Origin: Hypanus sabinus
Taxonomy: Eukaryota
DNA: 64,000 bases
NCBI RefSeq assembly: GCF_030144855.1
Contig: NC_082718.1
Coordinates: forward strand, 92,814,001 to 92,878,000
Reading direction: 5' to 3'
Made by a program: the position numbers and the translations under genes. Under the pieces are notes generated by a model, which did not search any database, was not told where the DNA came from, and saw nothing but the letters and a program-made list of their open reading frames with translations. Below are positions 62,441 to 64,000 of the stretch, one piece after another. The stretch's first letter is position 1; each line of letters begins with the position of its first letter.

Positions 62441-64000
62441 AAGAATTATTGGAACCCAGGTCAATTAAAACCAAAGACGTAATGTTAGAAGGCTCTACCT
62501 GAAGAGGGGTGAAAACAAGGTTTACTGATTAAAAAAAAGAGAATTAAAAAAAAACACTATGCGGGGGCGGGGGCCGGGCCAGACGCAGCCACGGACCGGG
62601 GAGAAACGAAGCAACGATTAGAAGCTGAAGATGTAGATTGTTAAGAGTGGAATTAGTAGTGAGTATCTTTACCGTACTAAATTGAAAATCTCAGGGTGAA
62701 ACCCTGGAGGAGAGGCAATAGCGATAAAAGATTTATTGAACCTATGACTATAACACGCAACAGCTAGAACGAGACAATATCAGCAGAGACGGGTGTCCAA
62801 AATCCCTACCATGTTGTCGGGAATTAATTCTGCAAAATTATTACCAAGGCATTTGGTCAAGCTTTTGTACACGTTTGTAAACTGACACCATGGATGATGA
62901 ACTATTTCAATCCAATGAACCAAGACACAAGATGGCGACCCAAGAAACAAGATGGTGTGCCAGCGCGGGAACGAATTGTTTACTGATGCGGAGGATTTAA
63001 TACGGTTAGATTTATAAGTTTATTTTCATTCTAAGAATCCAAACTTGATTTTCTGCAAAAACTGATTATTTTTGCAAAAACTTTGATTAGTTACTGAGTG
63101 AGATTTACTTTATTTAAAAGGTGTGATGTTGGGGAATTGTGAAAAGAGTTAAACTCTGTAGATACATAATTTTTAAATCTGAATTTAAACTTGTAGATAT
63201 GTTGCCTGGAACCGAATCTGAGGTTAACTATAATACTTGAGAACAGGAATTATATATAGTTTTGTAACCAACTAGGGGTAAGTAAAAAGGAAAGTTATAA
63301 GGAATAACACTAGTTAGAGAGATTAGAATAATAAAGGAATCTTATTTAAAAAAGAATTAGTTGTGGTTTGATATTTAAGATTTGGAACCTAAACAGAATG
63401 TTGGAATTTTGAATTGTTCTTGCTCATGTGAATATTTTGTACATATCATTTTATTTCTTATATATAACCTTGTCTCCAGAGTGTGTGGTTTCTATTCACT
63501 TCCTCTTTCTGATACCTAGAATCATCAGGTAGCCTACTAGTACCAAGTGTAATTTGATTTTCTCAGAGTGCGGTGAATAGTTACAAGCACTAAGACTGCT
63601 GCTACACAGGTGTTACATTTTGGTTAGCCCTTCTTGTGTACTGGGACCACACATAATATTTTCTACACAATTGGGGCCCTTTCTAGGCTGAGAATCGGAA
63701 AAAGAGCTGGAGAACTCCACACAACTGCTCAGCACACTCCTTCAGGAGCTTGGGGTTCATACTCAACTTACGCACTCAAATTATGCACTCAACATACAAC
63801 TGGGCTAAGTTAGACTGAGGATTATGAGCTGCAGCCATTAGCAGTATCAGTAGGAACCCCTGAAAACAAGGTGCACCTCAAACTGGAGAATTTCACGTCC
63901 CACTCCAGAAGCAGAAAATTAACTTTGCAATTTGCTTTAGCCCTCTCCCTGTAGAAACTCAGATGGTGCTAAAGCAATAATGTCATCAGTTGATAAACCA

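Noticed and set aside
1-64000. CRISPR array or prokaryotic system
   Set aside because: No short regularly spaced repeats or operon structure; the sequence is vertebrate

Overview
Vertebrate genomic DNA, most likely from a cartilaginous fish (inferred from the repeat content: abundant CR1 LINEs, Rex1/Babar LINEs, an HE1-like V-SINE and short Penelope-like remnants). The core of the window is a head-to-tail cluster of seven intact GPCR genes with uninterrupted coding sequences on the + strand, closely resembling hydroxycarboxylic acid receptors (HCAR/GPR109/GPR81 family). Genes 1-2 (345 aa, class A here) and genes 3-7 (348 aa from the first ATG, class B here) differ in N-terminus, C-tail, upstream region and an N-terminus/ECL3 cysteine pair. 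Genes 3-7 lie in a near-perfect ~6,587-bp tandem array whose spacers alternate A-B-A-B; genes 4-6 encode identical proteins. The paralogues are almost identical in TM1-TM3 but hypervariable in ECL2 and TM6/ECL3, show patchwork sharing typical of gene conversion, and some carry substitutions at classical activation switches (D3.49N in gene 2, M6.34R in genes 4-6). The rest is retroelement debris, including two nested CR1 insertions, a solo LTR and a Penelope-derived insert with a hammerhead ribozyme core. Repeat boundaries were read by eye and are approximate.
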